DNA of 64,000 nucleotides from Paraspadella gotoi. Taxonomy: Eukaryota > Animalia > Chaetognatha. How positions within the stretch are numbered: position 1 is the first letter of the stretch; the number at the start of each line of letters is the position of its first letter. The notes under the pieces are model-generated. The model did no database searches, was not told where the DNA came from, and was given only the letters and a program-made list of their open reading frames with translations. The stretch is from positions 959,238-1,023,237 of the forward strand of contig CM119270.1 of assembly GCA_051294375.1 (NCBI GenBank), in the 5' to 3' direction. Positions 46,833 to 62,300 of the stretch are shown piece by piece. Made by a program: the position numbers and the translations under genes.

Positions 46833-49800
46833 ATGGCGACCGCGCTCGCTTCCCGCCAAACGAGGCTCTTGCTCATTTGGTCTCAAGAACTATTGTCGTC
46901 GTCGTCGATTTTGCGGTCGTCGTCGTCTCGTCCGACTCGAAGGTTTTTCACTGCGCAGACAATCGCTCTTTCTTCTTCTCCGCCCGACGCCAAGGTGAGG
47001 AAGTGATGGAGGGGTGAGGTGAGGAAGAGGTTTTGTGGTGAGGATGAAGAGAGTCACAGAGACGAAGGGTGAGTGATGGAGAGGAGAGCATAAGAGGTTT
47101 AAAGTTTTGGTAGGACCTGTAAATGCCATGTCATGGGTTTGTAATACGCATGCAAGTGTATTTTAACTTTAAAGAACTTTATTTAAAGGCGCCGTTATTT
47201 TAACTTGACTTTTTAGCTACGCCTTTCTTCCCCCTTATCTCTCATTTCTTTCCTTTCAAAGAATGTCCACTTAAACGACCTTTTTCGCGACGAGGTCGAC
47301 TCCCTCTCCACCCCATCCCCCACCGCCTCCGCTCCTTCCACTTTCGGCAAATCTCATCAACACGAAGCCATTTCCGCCGCCTCCTCCGCCGACGAGCTCT
47401 TCCGTTTCGTCGTTGGGCGGAGGTCTTACTTTTCCGCTTTTCCCGGCGCCACACTTAGCGCTCTCTCGCGGCTCAACCGGCTTGATAAAGAAGGCGCCGC
47501 GGCGGCGGCCGCCGCGACGCCGCAGGAGGACGCTGAATACGCCCGCAAACTTTCGGCGCTGACGGCGCCGCTCGGTGGTCAAGCTACGACGATGCCGACG
47601 CCGCTCGTCGCCGCTTGTCTCAAGAATCTTGTCCAGCAGCTACATCGACGCCCGGTGCTAGCGGAGGTCGAGTCTTTCGTCAATGTCGTGGGTGAGTTGT
47701 GGATTGGGAGTCGTGAATTCGACATTGTGGTTTCAACATTTTGTTTTTGTCGTCTCTTGTCGTCGTCGCTCAACTTTTTCTTCTTCTTCAGAATCCTTTG
47801 AAAACGAGGCTTGCTGGAGATTCAGGGACATGGAGCTCAAATCTTTGGTCGGCATCTTTCAAAGTTATCCCAAAGAATCCGTGCGAACCTCACAGGTTTT
47901 TGAATTTCTTTTACTCTTTCCTACGTATTTGTTTTCAACTTTTGAATATAACATAGTTAAAGATATACAGAAATTAATTAACGGTCGCCACATTTTAAAG
48001 AAATGTTCTCGTTTTTCACTACCCTCACCATCACTCTGAACTACCCCCCCCCCCGGGACTGACATTGTTTCTCTCAGTCCTGCCTATTCGAGGCTGTGGT
48101 GAAGCAAATCGAGCTCCGCTGCTCGGATGTTGACTCCCCTTCCCTCGCCATCGACGTCCTCTACATCATCGAGGGAGTCGAAGGACTTCCCGAATCCCTT
48201 CGCCCGAATATCGAGTCTCGTCTACTCGAACTCGCTGACTCCATGACCCTCAAACAGATCGTCACCGTCCTGGGATTCTGTTCGCGGAGTCGTCGGGCCG
48301 ACCCCGCCCTACTCAAGATGCTCACCTATCAGGCGTCAAAGCGAGGGCAGCCCTTCACCGTCCATCAGGCGGCAAAGGTTCGGGAGTGGGGGGACAACGG
48401 GGGAGGGGGGGCGAGGAACTGACGTATTGTACCAAACTCTCATTTGCATGTTGCAGAAATGGGGAGAACGTACATGTTGAATATTATCTAAAGGTTTTCG
48501 CTTTTAATTGTTGTATCAACAAAAGGAAATAACTGTGCCGTAAATCATCAATACAATGACGCTGTTTCGTATCTCTCTTCAGACGGCGTTTTCCTTGGCT
48601 TCTCTCTCCTTCACCAGTTTCCCTCTTTTGGAGAAAATCTGTTCGGAAGTGAAGGGAGAATTGGAAGGGGATTTCGGGGACGTCTCTCTCTTTCATCTCT
48701 CCTCTCTGGTCACCTCTTTCGCCGCTCTCCGGTGGAAGGACGAGGTGAGCTTGGAACCAGTTCTTAATAAAGATTGTTAGAAAATGAAAGTGATAAAGTT
48801 GTAGCGGTAGTATTTCATACCCCCGTTACTCGTCCGAGAATCAGTCCGTCACTTCAGGTGGGTTGGACGCCGCGTCGCGCTTTCTTGTGTAAATCAGTCC
48901 TTTGGGTTGGGAAGGGGCTCGTGCTACCTCCGGCGCCATAGGTGCTGCTGATTCTCGGACGAGTAACGGGGTATGAAATAGTGCGAGGTAGTGGTGCAGT
49001 CTTATAGTGTGACACACTGAAACATTAAAAATGTTTAAAAAGTTTTACAAATTCTTTAAAGAAAAAAAATTTCGTTTTAAAAGGCGAGCCCATTTTCAAA
49101 ACCACTTTCCTTCGCCAAGTCAAGTCAAATCAAAACCAATCAATATTTAATTTAGATATAAAAATAATTTTGGTTTTTACTACAGTTTTAAGATTGAAAA
49201 AAAACTTTACAGGTTAGTCACAGACGTTTTTTTTTCTAGCGGCGGGTTTCAGTGTGTCACCTTGTACGCGTTTCTTTTCTACTTTAAAGATTTTAAGATT
49301 TCCTTCTAGGGCTTACTGGATTTGATCTGTCGTTGCTTGCTCGACAAATGCCAAAACGGGGAGGAAGATGGGGTGAGAAAACTTCTAAATTAGGAAATAA
49401 GTAAATAAAAATAGAAATAGATAAAATATTAACAAATAAATGTATTTATCCCCCGTAGTCAAAAATCTCCTCTTCCCTCATGACTTTCCTCAAATCCTTC
49501 GCCGTCTTGAATCATCGTACTGAAGCGACGACGCCGCTTTTACCTCTAATCCACGGCGCCATCGACGCCGCTTTTGACGACGACGCCGTCGATCTCGCCG
49601 CTCGCATCGACTCGGTGTCCTCTTTGACGCAACTGGAGATCGCGACGCCGGCGGAAATCGACAAAGTTCTCGTCTCCGTCAACGCCGCTCCCGAGGAGAC
49701 GCTTTCGAGAAAGACTCTTCTCAAGGTGATGCAATTGAACGCCGAGGCGTGGACTATGGGCGCCGCTTATTCGGGCGCCAAATTAGATTCTCGTTTGTTT

Positions 49801-50370
49801 CCGGCGCCATCGTCGTCTCAGACGGCGCCCTCCACTCAACCTTCTCGTCTCGAACAATTCCGTCGAGAAGTGAGAGAGTATCTCCCGGCGGCGAAGGTCG
49901 AAGCCTCCCTGCGGCGCGAGCCAGAATCCGCCGTTGCCCCCGCCGCCGCCGCGGCGCCGCCAAAGCGGAAATCCTACGTCATCGACGAACCCTTGCTACT
50001 TCTCTGCGGTCACGTGGTCGACTTTGTCCTCGTCGTGGACTCCAAGGGAAACACCCTTCCGGTTCCGGATCGCCTCGCGCAATCTTTGCGCGCGCCGGGT
50101 TCGGATTTGACGCCGGTGACGCCGCTATTGGCCGCCGAGGACGACTCTTGCGTCGCCGTTCTTCTTCTCGACGCCTTCGACACGACGCGGCCCGTGACGA
50201 GTCCGATCGGCGAGAAGGCGAAGGCGACGCGACACTTGGCGGCGCTGGGGTTCAAAACCTGTTTCGTCGAGTTGAGATCTTTTTTCGCGGAATCAAAATC
50301 GCATCGAAGTTCGTACTTGAATCGCGTCGTCACCGCCGCCGTGGATCCTCTCGAGTCATACGCGGGATGA
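46833..50370 (+). CDS. FAST kinase domain / RAP-domain mitochondrial RNA-binding protein (FASTKD/TBRG4-like)
   Basis: Arg/Ser-rich presequence-like N-terminus, Leu-rich helical repeats (LSSLVTSFAALRW, FLKSFAVLN), C-terminal RAP-like segment (VAVLLLD...IGEKAKATRHLAALGFKTCFVE). Exons ~46833-46994, 47261-47691, 47792-47895, 48078-48377, 48583-48744, 49310-~49372, 49459-50370. Confidence 0.7.
48811..48980. mobile_element. MITE, 170 bp, ~33-bp TIR
   Basis: TATTTCATACCCCCGTTACTCGTCCGAGAATCAG ... CTGATTCTCGGACGAGTAACGGGGTATGAAATA. Confidence 0.85.
49003..49266. mobile_element. Tc1/mariner-like MITE
   Basis: TIR core GTGACACACTGAAAC / GTTTCAGTGTGTCAC with TA at both outer ends. Confidence 0.65.
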
Positions 50371-50688
50371 ATGAGGCGGATATTCGTTTTCCAACTTTTT
50401 GTTCTTAGTATTTAAAACAGACGCCGTCGTTTCGTGATAGTAACTGCAAAGTTTTGTTAGCAAGTATTTTTTTTTTTAAAGTATTTACAAAAAAGATATC
50501 AAAAGAAATTGAGGTTTTTGTTTTAATTACCTATTGTCCCTGAGTTTTAATTTTGACGTGAAATTTTTTTTTTTAAACTTTGGGTTTACTTTTAATCAAA
50601 TTTCTTTTTTTGTTGATGACCGGAGATGATTTTACCAGATATAATAATCTCTTAAACCACGCCCATTCCGGAAAAAACTTTGCGTCAT

Positions 50689-53600
50689 ATGTTGAATAAA
50701 TTGAAGCGGCCGCGGGACGAGTCGATCGAAGCCGCGCAGAAGATCCTCAAGCTCACCTCCAAACCGGTCGCGGACGTCGCTGATAACGGCGACAGTGCCA
50801 TCTCTCTGCCTAAACTCTCCCTCGATCCTAAAGCCTTCGAGATGACGAAGAAAAAATCGGGAAAAAACAAAAGGAGGAACAACAACAATCAATACGTCCA
50901 CAGCGCCGCCGCCGATGCCCTCAGAGTGGCGGAGGCCGTCGAGGCGGAGATCCCGGAGGCCAATGAAGAGCCGGAGTGGGAAGTAGGCGCGGCGGCGAAA
51001 GAGGCGGAAGTGCCGGAGGCGAATCCGAGTCTGGATGAGTCGAGATCCGGCGCCGATTCTTCCTCTGCCCCCTCCCCCTTGGCCGCCTCCCCTCCTCCGC
51101 CCCCTCCACCGCCCCCTCCACCCGTCACCTCGGAACGGATGAAGTCCGACGAAGAGGAATTCCATCGTCTGCACCCCGAAAGCCCCTATTGCGTGGAGTG
51201 GGCGCAGACCGACTCCCTCGTCAAGTTCCTCGTCAAATTTCCTCGTCCCGTCGTCAAGGACTCTGCATCAGTGGAAGTCAGTCCCGACAGATGCCTCGTC
51301 GTTGACGCCGAGAACGCCGGAGATGCGGCGGCGTCGCGATGGAGCGCGAGATTTTGGCGTAACGTCGAGGAGACGAAGACAAAGGTCGATATTAAGTATT
51401 TAGTCATTGATTATTAATATTTTGTTTATAAAATATTATTATTCTCGCTATTAATTACTTATGTTTAAAATTAATCGTAAAAAATAATACTACTAAACTG
51501 GTGAAGCAATGAAACTCCGCCCATACTTATTCGAAATACGGCAATACATGCAAATGAGATTGGATTGCATTTCCTTTAGGTGTTGATCAAAGGCGACGAG
51601 GTTCATGTTATGCTGGTCAAAAAAGACACAGGAATAAGATGGGAGAGGCTGATGCTGCCTCCCGCTCCGCCACCGCCGCCGCCGCCGCCTCCGCCGCCAC
51701 GGGTCCAATCCAGAAAAGAAAGGAACGATAAAGTCGACGTCGCCGCGGAGACTCCATCGGAGTCTGCTGCGGAGACTCCATCGGAGGCCGCCTCGGGGCC
51801 CGAGGAACCCGTCTTCAAACTCGACCACCTCAAGCACAGTTGGTACGAGAAAGGCTCGGACATGCTGGCCGTCCAAGTCTTCGTCAAGGACGTCTCGACG
51901 AGTCACTTGAAGATCGACTTCGCCCGCGATTCTCTCCGCATCCGATTCAAGACCGCCGACGCCGCCTTTCTCAAGATGCAGACAGCCTCATCGAGCTCTC
52001 TTTTCGAGTGGGCCGTCCGACTGCGGAACGGGATCCTTCCCGAGCAGAGTTACTTCAAGCTTAACAAGAGCAACGTTGAGATCTCGTTGAAGAAAGACCG
52101 TCCCGGTCACTGGGTGGCGTTGGAAGCCAGCTCCGTCGGGGCCGTCGCTAAACGATGCCCCGCCGGAGTCGTGGCAAAGAAAATTTCCGACGATGTTAAC
52201 GCGGCGACGACGACAACGACGAAGCCAGTCCACACTAAACCCGCTTACTCCACAGTACCTCACCTAAAGGATGATGTTTCTCCTGGAACCGCTTCCACCA
52301 CCACGACCACTGCCTCCGCCGCCAAACCCACCTGCATGGTGTCGCCGCTAGTGCCATCTTCTTCTTCTTCTTCTTCGGCTGCGTCGGCTGCGTCGGCGGC
52401 GGCGACCAAGTCGGATCCTGGCGCCGATTCCCCCGTCGCCGGCCAAAGCCGGACGATGTCGACGATTCCGGCCAAGTCGCCAGGATCCTTCGTCGTCGGT
52501 ACGACCGGTTTGGATAACATGGGCAACACGTGCTTTATGAATTCGGTGAGTTAATAAAGGATGGAGGAATCTCTTTGTCACTAAATTACTAAAAGATTTT
52601 CAAAATACTGCAGTATGCAAATGACTTTGAATAACTCGATCTCATTTCACAAAAATGTTCAATCCATTTTTCCCAATGCATCGATAAAAGGCAATAACTA
52701 TTGAATTATTCAAGTTTTTTAAATCGTTTGCCGCTACGAACTTCACAATAACCAAATTACCAGTCAAGTCTGTCACAACTTTCTTTATCCTCCCCATTTG
52801 GTCCCAGGTACTCCAGTGCCTCGCCAACACCCGCGAGCTGCGCGATTATTTCCTCAGCAACCGATACCAGACAGAACTCAACCGGGAGAACCCCCTCGGG
52901 CTCGGGGGCAACCTGGCCATCTCTTTCGGCGTTCTCATGCGGGTTCTCTGGTCCGGGTCATATGCCTCCACGGCCCCGGCCAAGCTCAAGGCCCTCATCG
53001 CTCAAAAGGCCGGACAGTTTGTTGGCTTCGCGCAACACGACGCTCAGGTGGATATAGAGGAGAGGGGGGGGTAGTGTTAGGGGGCGAATCTTGCGTGCCC
53101 CCTGACGAGTAATGATGAGCGCAGAGTGACCAAAGGAGTCACCGAGAGTCGTGGCGTGGCAGAAAGTCTCTCTCCAACAAGGGAATGATTGATCACGGGC
53201 ATCCGTACATTGACAGTACACCCTGGAATCTGGATCAAAAACCACGGAACCTCTCTTATTATTATTAATAACTCATGATAGCTGAAAAGGAAAGGTAATG
53301 AATAATAGATATCGATCAATAAATAATAAATGAATACTGAATAGTGGATTGAAAGTTTCTTTCTGACAAGGACGATCGACAACATTTAAGTTTTTTGGTT
53401 TTTAGAAAGTTTTTAGTCGGATCTGCTTATCAGCAGATCCCGACTCTTTAATTCACTTTTTCGGTCCGACCCCTCAATCTTGTCGGGCATTCACTTATAT
53501 CATGTCAGAACATCGAATTATGATAAATTATGCAAAATATATGATATCCGTCTGTCAGTCTGTCCGTCCGTCCGTCCGTCCCACCTTCGCAAAAAACGCC

Positions 53601-56322
53601 AATTACTCGTGATTGGATGGTAGGGAAGTGTGTGATTGAACTGGATACGAAGTTTCGATGGAATCATCCTAGTGGAAATGAGTTTAAATGGAAAAAAAAA
53701 ATTTCACTATTTGAACACCAATTACTCATGAGTGGATGGGGCGATTGATTTGAAATTTTGTATGTGGGTAACAAAGTGTGTGATTAAGCTGGAAATCAAG
53801 TTTCGATGGAATCGTTTGAGTGGAAATGAGTTTCAAAATGATATTAAATAGTCGTCTATCATTACTTTATTAATTGTTCTTTTTTTATGTCTGTCTTTTC
53901 TGAGAAATGCTTCATCGCCACCGCCCCCCCCTCAGGAATTTCTGGCCTTCCTCCTCGACGGCCTCCACGAGGATCTCAACCGCGTCGTGGACAAACCCTA
54001 CACCGTGGCGGTCGAAGCCGACGGCCGATCCGACCAAGTCGTGGCCGAAGAGGCCTGGCAGACCCACCTCTGTCGCAACGACTCTGAGATCGTGGATCTC
54101 TTCTCGGGCCAGTACAAATCCAAGCTGACCTGCCCGGTCTGTGATAAGGTCTCGGTGACCTTTGACCCTTTCACTTACCTCACCGTGCCCTTACCCAAAC
54201 GCAAGCTGCTGCTACCCGTCACTTTCATGTGGGCGGATCCTCATCGATCGCCCCTTAAGTACCTCGTGCCCTACTCCAAGGAGACGGGCACCGTGGAGAT
54301 CCTCAAGGCCTACGTGTCGGACAAGAACACGGGTCTGTCGCCAGGCGATCTCGTGGTCTTCGAGGTCGTTAGGCACCGTATCCATCGGGTCTTCGAATCA
54401 GGCGCCAGGCTCAACAGCGTCTCGCCTTCGGACAACATCGTCGTCGCGGAGAGGCTGCCGCAGAATCTCGCGCCGGGTGACATTTCTTTTCGTAGATTCT
54501 CACATTTAAATTTGTAATTGATATTTGTGTTTATATTAATTTCCCCCCCCTCATCTTCAATCAGGAGAAAAAATCGTGGAGGTGCTGGTGATTCAACGCA
54601 CGCTGTCGCCGACGACGATGCCGACCAGGTGCTCCTTCTGCCGCAAGGATTCGCTCGAGGGTTCGTTGCGGCGCTGCAGCAAATGCTTCAAAGTTGGGTA
54701 AGTCGTCGATTTGAGGAAGGAATTAATTAATTCACAACGTGATCTAAACCTGAACCTTCTCTTTCGTCTTTCGACTCCAGCTACTGCGACCACACCTGCC
54801 AAAGATCTCACTGGAGCGTTCATAAGCCCATCTGCCGCAACGCCCCCGAGCCTGTGGGGATCCCTTTCCTCCTTTCTCTGCCCGAATCGCAGATCACCTT
54901 CCAGCGCCTCGTCCACTACCTGCAAAACTTCGCCGCCCTTAGCGTCGACGTCTTCCGTCCACCCTCCAAGTCTCTCGGCGCCGGGGGAGACGATGCCGGC
55001 GCCACCGATGCTTCGACGCTGGGCAGCCCGACGACGCCCGTCGATCAACCGGCCGGGATCGATTCGAGCGACGCCGGTTTTGACGATGAAGATGACGACG
55101 ACAATTCCGGCTTCGTATCTGCGGCGTCGTCGACGTCGTCGATTTGTTCGTCGTCGGCGACGGCGCCGCCACCGCCTCGACCCGCAGAGGAGTCGTCGTC
55201 GGACGATCGACCCTCGCGCATCGTCCACGGCGTCCCCCAGCGACGCGACAACGCCAAGCCCGCCTTTCGCATCCGCGTCGTCGACGAGAGAGGGAACAAC
55301 GTGGGGGAGATTCTGGATGGAGGGAGCGAGGGGGAAGGTGAGAGCGGGTTGAGGAAGGGAGAGGGATGTGGAAGGTGAGACGGGATCGAGTTTTCATCAG
55401 CGCTGATAAAGACTCGGGGGGGGGGGGGGAAACCGTTTTTTATTGTTTAAAAAATCGTTGTTTACAACAAATAAAAACTTTTTCTCTTAATCATTACGCA
55501 ACTTAAGATTAAGCATGAGCTCAACCACCTCTCCTCTCCGCCCCTCCTTTCTTTCTCATCTATCCAGCCTGTTCAGACGTCCTTCTCGACCTGAGCGACA
55601 AACCCTTCCTGGCGATCGATTGGAAGAACAACTCGGCCTGGGAAGGAAGCGTCATGGTGCAGAGCCGCTCCGAGATCGACTCCGTGGACGGGGACGCCGG
55701 CGCCGGCGCCTTCGCCGCCCGCCTCGCCGCCAACAACCTCTTCTCCTCTTCCTCCAACGCCAACGAAAACTCCGACTCGTGGGCGGAGGACGTCGGCGCT
55801 TTGGACGAGTGTCTCGAGAAATTCACGGAGGCGGAGGTGCTCGGCGAGGACGACCTCTGGTATTGCCCGCGATGCAAGGAGCATCGACAGGCCTCCAAGC
55901 GGTTGACCTTGTGGAAATTGCCAAAGGTGTGGGGGAAGAAGTGGGGTTGGGGGGGGGAGATGGAAAAAGGTGATTTTTGGGTTTTTCTTCGGAAATTCTG
56001 ATTTGTTTTTTGCTTGTAGTTTCTGTTTCTTGTTTTTTCCATTTTCTTTTCGTTTTGTTTAATGTTTTTTTTTTTCTTCTAAGAAGTTTTCTTTAAAACC
56101 GTTCTACCTTAGATCCTCTCTCTTCGATTCTCCTTCTAATTTCGATTCTCCTGAAATTCTTTTTCTCCTTTTCAGATTCTCCTTCTCCACCTCAAACGTT
56201 TCTCCTTCCGCAATTTTATCTGGCGAGACAAGATCACGAAACATGTAGACTTTCCTCTTAGGGGACTCGACATGAAAAAGTAAGTGCCATCGTTGACTTA
56301 CCTTGACTTTTTCACTATAAAG

Positions 56323-56361
<39 letters not shown>

Positions 56362-56932
56362 GTCCTTTAAAAAAAGGTTCTGCCCATCCCTCCCGCCCGC
56401 CGCCTCCGGCCTCTACGATCTCTACGCCGTCATCAATCATTTCGGCGGCATCATGGGCGGTCACTACACCGCCTTCGCTCGCCTCCCCGCCGGCGACGGA
56501 CGCGCCGAGGAATTACCGTGGCGCGTTTTCGACGATTCTCATGTGACGCCCATGACTCGGACTTCGGACGTCGTCTCGCGCCACGCCTACGTCCTCTTCT
56601 ACGTGAGGCGCGACGATCGGGCGGAAGTGTGCCGCGGCGTTGACGGCGTCGCTTCTTCGTCGAGCCTTTCCGCCAGCGGCGACGGGGAATCGGAGGAGGA
56701 AGAAGACGAGGAAGAAGAAGAGAGGGAGGAGACTAGGAGAGAGCCGCGAGCGGGAGATCGTCGCGGCGACGTTGAGAGATCTAGCGGCGTCGCGGAGACG
56801 TCGACCGGCGCTGTACGCGGCGCCGGATCCGCCGGAGACTTTAAGCTGTGGAGAAAAGGATCGGACACGAGCACGTGCACCGAGGACACGCTGCTATCGT
56901 CGGGGGGGACGGATTGCGACGAGATTGATTGA
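50689..56932 (+). CDS. USP19: Ubiquitin carboxyl-terminal hydrolase 19 (two CS domains, USP domain with inserted MYND zinc finger)
   Basis: CS domains (VEWAQTDS; LKHSWYEKG), Cys box [44 protein letters not shown] finger C-x2-C...[20 protein letters not shown], His box [20 protein letters not shown]. Exons ~50689-51384, 51580-52545, 52808-53047, 53936-54476, 54565-54697, 54781-55337, ~55577-55926, 56176-56279, 56377-56932. Confidence 0.93.
53410..53835 (+). mobile_element. Helentron-associated (DINE-1/HINE-like) element, copy 2, 3' truncated with an internal duplication
   Basis: GGATCTGCttatcaGCAGATCC, GAATTATGATAAATTATGCAAAA, (GTCC)n and AAGTTTCGATGGAAT shared with the 16670 copy. Confidence 0.65.
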
Positions 56933-57135
56933 TTGAATGATGAGAGGGATGAGAGGAGAATTAGAGGATAACGATTGATTGATTGAATGATGAGAGGGAT
57001 GAGAGGAGAATTAGAGGATAATGATTGATTGATTGATTGAATGATGAGAGGAGAAGAGAATTTGAGGATAATGATTGATTGATTGAATGATGAGAGGAGA
57101 ATTAGAGGATAATGATTAATTGATTGAATGATGAG
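56926..57135 (+). repeat. Tandem repeat (~40-50 bp unit) starting at the USP19 stop codon
   Basis: GATTGATTGAATGATGAGAGG...AGAATTAGAGGATAAT repeated 4-5 times. Confidence 0.85.
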
Positions 57136-57772
57136 AGAGAGGAGAGGAGAAGCAATGGAGGGCAGAGGAGAGAGGAAAGAAGAAAAAAGAAAAGGAAAGA
57201 AGAGAAAAGAAAAGGAGGAGTGAAGTATCGTGCCCGAAAACTTTCAAGGCGATTGACGGTCGACCGAGAAAAGCAAAAAAAAGAAGCAAAAAAAAAAATG
57301 GCGACCGAAGCTCAGTTGTAGTTTGTTTCATTGTAAACCCGTAGCCTCTTTGTCTCAGTTACAACATAGTTACTGTAGTTGTCTTGTAAGCCGAACTCGT
57401 GCGTTGACTTGTGTTGTCGTCTTTTTTTGACGTCGACTGAAGATCTCTTGTTTTTTTTTTCTGGGACCAAATAACAACAACAACGACGACGACGACGAAA
57501 ACTATCACGGGCTGTTTTTCTTTCACCTGCAGGAATAAGAAAACGCGCAATAGAATATATACGTTTCACTCAAATCACATAGAAATCTCATTTTTTTCTT
57601 ACTATTTTTCCGTGATTCTTACCGAGTAGCTCGACAATTATTAAACGTTTGCCTCACAACTTTTTTTTTTGCTTGACATTCAGTGATGAGACTTTGAAAA
57701 TAAACAATAAACTCGGTTTTATTAATAAAAAAAAATAAATTGTAAATCGAATTTAAATCTCGAGAAGAGCGA

Positions 57773-58988
<1,216 letters not shown>

Positions 58989-59378
58989 AGACATTGTTTG
59001 AGAGAGCGACGGTGAAGCCGGGGCGGAAGCCGTGGCGCAGTTTAGGGAGAAACAGTCGCTAAATCAATAAATCTGCTCGAAAAAAAAAAAACTCGTTCCA
59101 TCTTCTCTGTCGACTGCGGGAGTAGACTTAGTAGTATATGCTATTATGCACTATGCACCTTGTTTCTTTTCTTTCTTTTTTTTTTTTTGGTCAGTTGGGG
59201 GCGTCCTCGAGTTTTGTTTTTATCCGAACATTTCTTGTTTTTGCTCGACAGAAACAAAACAAACAAAGGAAAGAAACGGGGGGGAAAAAAACAAAGCGCC
59301 GGTCTGCGTTTTTTTTTCCACGTCCTTTCTCCCTTTTTTTTCGCGGCCACCGCCACGCCCACGGCCACGCCCACCGCC

Positions 59379-62300
59379 ATGGTGGACTTCGACGTTGACC
59401 GGTGGATCGAAGTCTCGAAACAATGCAATTATCTACCCGAGAACGAGTTGAAGCGGCTCTGCGACATCGTCTGCGACCTGCTGCTGGAAGAGTCCAACGT
59501 CCAACCCGTCTACACCCCCGTCACCGTCTGCGGGGACATCCACGGCCAGTTCTACGACCTGGAGGAGCTCTTTCGACGAGGGGGTCAGGTCCCCGACACC
59601 AACTACATCTTCATGGGAGACTTTGTGGACCGGGGCTACTACAGCCTGGAGACGCTGACGCGGCTGCTGCTGCTCAAGGCTCGGTGGCCGCACAAGATCA
59701 CGCTGCTGCGGGGGAATCACGAGAGTCGACAAATCACTCAAGGTTTTGGAGAAAGGGGGGAGAGGGGGAATGGGTTGAAGGGTGTCAGGGGGGAATGGGT
59801 TTAAGGGTGTGACAGGGAAATGGGTTGAAGGGTGTTAGGGGGAATGGGTTGAAGGGTGTGAGGGGGAATGGGTTGAAGGGTGTCAGGGGGAATGGGTTGA
59901 AGGGTGTCAGGGGGAATGGGTTGAAGGGTGTCAGGGGGAGGAATGGGTTGAAGGGTGTCAGGGGGAGGAATGGGTTGAAGGGTGTGACGGGGGGAATGGG
60001 TTGAAGGGGTGAGGGGGAAAAATGGTTTAAGGATTGGTTACTAAAGTCGCGAATGCCAAATCGACGTAATATCGTCCTGAATTAATCCACATTAGAGTTG
60101 TCATTTTATACAATATAAACAAAGCTATACATGGCTCACGAGTTTACATCATTCCTAAAGTTAATAAAAAAACTTTGTTGTTCCACGAAAATTTTCGTTT
60201 TTTAATTAATCATTAGACACATTTGAATCCGACAAAGTTTTAATTAGATAACCAGTCTGGGTGTCATTCTGTTCGTTTTTCCAAGCTCTTTTTAACGAAA
60301 ACAGTTTTATTTAAAAAAAAAACTTTTTCGCCCGAGCCAGGGGTGAAGAGTCAAAATATGAAAATTCACCATTTTTTAGTATTTTTTAACTTTTTCCAGT
60401 TAATTTTTTTAAATATAATATTCTTTAATCAAGTTAATTACTTCTGATAATGATTTTAATTTATCCTATTTAACTGTTTTTTAAACATTCATTAAAAAAT
60501 ATTAGTTTTTAGCTTAAACCAAGGGTATTGAAGAGCTAAAATGTTTAAATATTTTTTTTTAATATTTATAAATTATAATTTATTATTTTTTTAAAAATAA
60601 CTTATTTTAATCATGGTAATGAAAATATTTGATATCTTTAAATGCTTTGAGGCGACTTACCACAACTTTAAGTTAATCAATTAATTTAATAATGTTTTTT
60701 AAAACTGAAAACCCCAAAAACTTTTATGATCCAAAGCAATTAATTTTAATTTTTAATCATAAAATGTAATTGTTACAAGATAAAATTATTTAAATAATAT
60801 TCGGATATTACTATAAAAAAAATTTGTTTACTTCATACTATATAAATATAATTTTATTTAAAAAATAATTTAAAAAAAATGATATCTGCATATGAAATTT
60901 TGTACGGATAAGAGTAATAGTTTGGTTTTAACTCTATATACAAATATTTTGTTATTATAATAAAATAATTTTTCTTTAATATACAATCATTTTAAAAAAA
61001 TAATTAATTGCTTTTTACTTTTTTCATTAAATAATTGTTTAACAAAAAAGTTTTGTTTTTTCTCACTAAATCTAAAAACAAGAAAAGAAAGTTATGATTT
61101 TATAACACGATTCATTAAAAATACTACCTCTTATAGTCGCATTCATATATTTAAATTAAATTCATAAATTCATTTAGATACTATTTTATATATAATAATA
61201 TTGTTAATTGTTAATTTACTTGATTAGCAAAATTCCATAAATTAAAACATTGTGTTGAACTCTTTTATTGCATTTTTAGATTTAAGATATTAACAAATAA
61301 ATCTTAATTGAATTTGTTTAAAAAAAAATTTTTTATCGTTGTTAACAAATTCATTTTAAATTATTCTTTTTTGTAAATCTCTAAAACAACAACAAAAAAA
61401 GAAAGTATCACCACATGTAATTATGTTTAAACAAAAATTTTTTTTAATAAATAAAAAGTTTTTCTAAAGTTAAATTAAAATTTTAATTAAAATATAAATA
61501 TTTCTATCCTAGCATCAGGTAAGTCCCTCCCCTAAGCCACCATACCTCACGTCTCGGCGTCACAGGCCAAGCATGAACCTTGAACCTATACATCGTCCAT
61601 AAAACTTTTCCATTCTGTAACTTTCCCAGTTGGGTTATACTATTACAACAACCTTGTTGATCGTAATGCTAACTTATTCAACCTGAATTACAACTACCTC
61701 TCAAATAGTTTAAAACTAAACACTAACCCTTAACCATTAACAAAATTATTATTTTTTTATGCGATATCGCATAAAAATCTGGATAGTGGATATCATTTGT
61801 ATTATAATTATATTCTTTTGTTATGTAACAATTTTATTATTAATGATTTTTTAAATATCAATTTCCTTTCCTATTTTCTTTCGTTGTATTTTTTCAAATT
61901 ATTTTAGAGAAAACAAAGTTCCCTTGTTTGTTTGTAAACAACGATTTTTATATCACAATTCACAAAGTCGGGAACCTGATCCAATTCAAGGAAGGGCTCG
62001 TAAGAAGGCAATGTGGTCCTGAAGAAGAAGCAATGACTAGATGGTGGACAATTAGAATAAGGAAAAAAGATTCTCTCCCCCCTCTCTCTCTTTCTTTCCC
62101 TCTTTCCTTGAAAAGGTTACCGGAGCGGCGCCCAAAAATTACGCCACGCTTTTGGTTCTTGCTCCGCCACTAACCTATTAAAGCACCTTTACTAACTTTC
62201 TAACAAACAAAACAAACTTTGTTTTCTGCTAAAATATTATATGATCTAAAAAATTTTATGAATTGCTTTATTTTTAAGATGAATCTTTTAAAAAATTTTT

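Noticed and set aside
53075-53170. CTGACGA after a GC hairpin, resembling a type III hammerhead
   Set aside because: No stem II followed by GAAA, and no stem III partner.
59755-60018. CRISPR-like periodicity in this and the other tandem arrays (37372, 56926, 23500, 17045)
   Set aside because: Repeat units are contiguous with no unique spacers, the context is eukaryotic and there are no cas genes.
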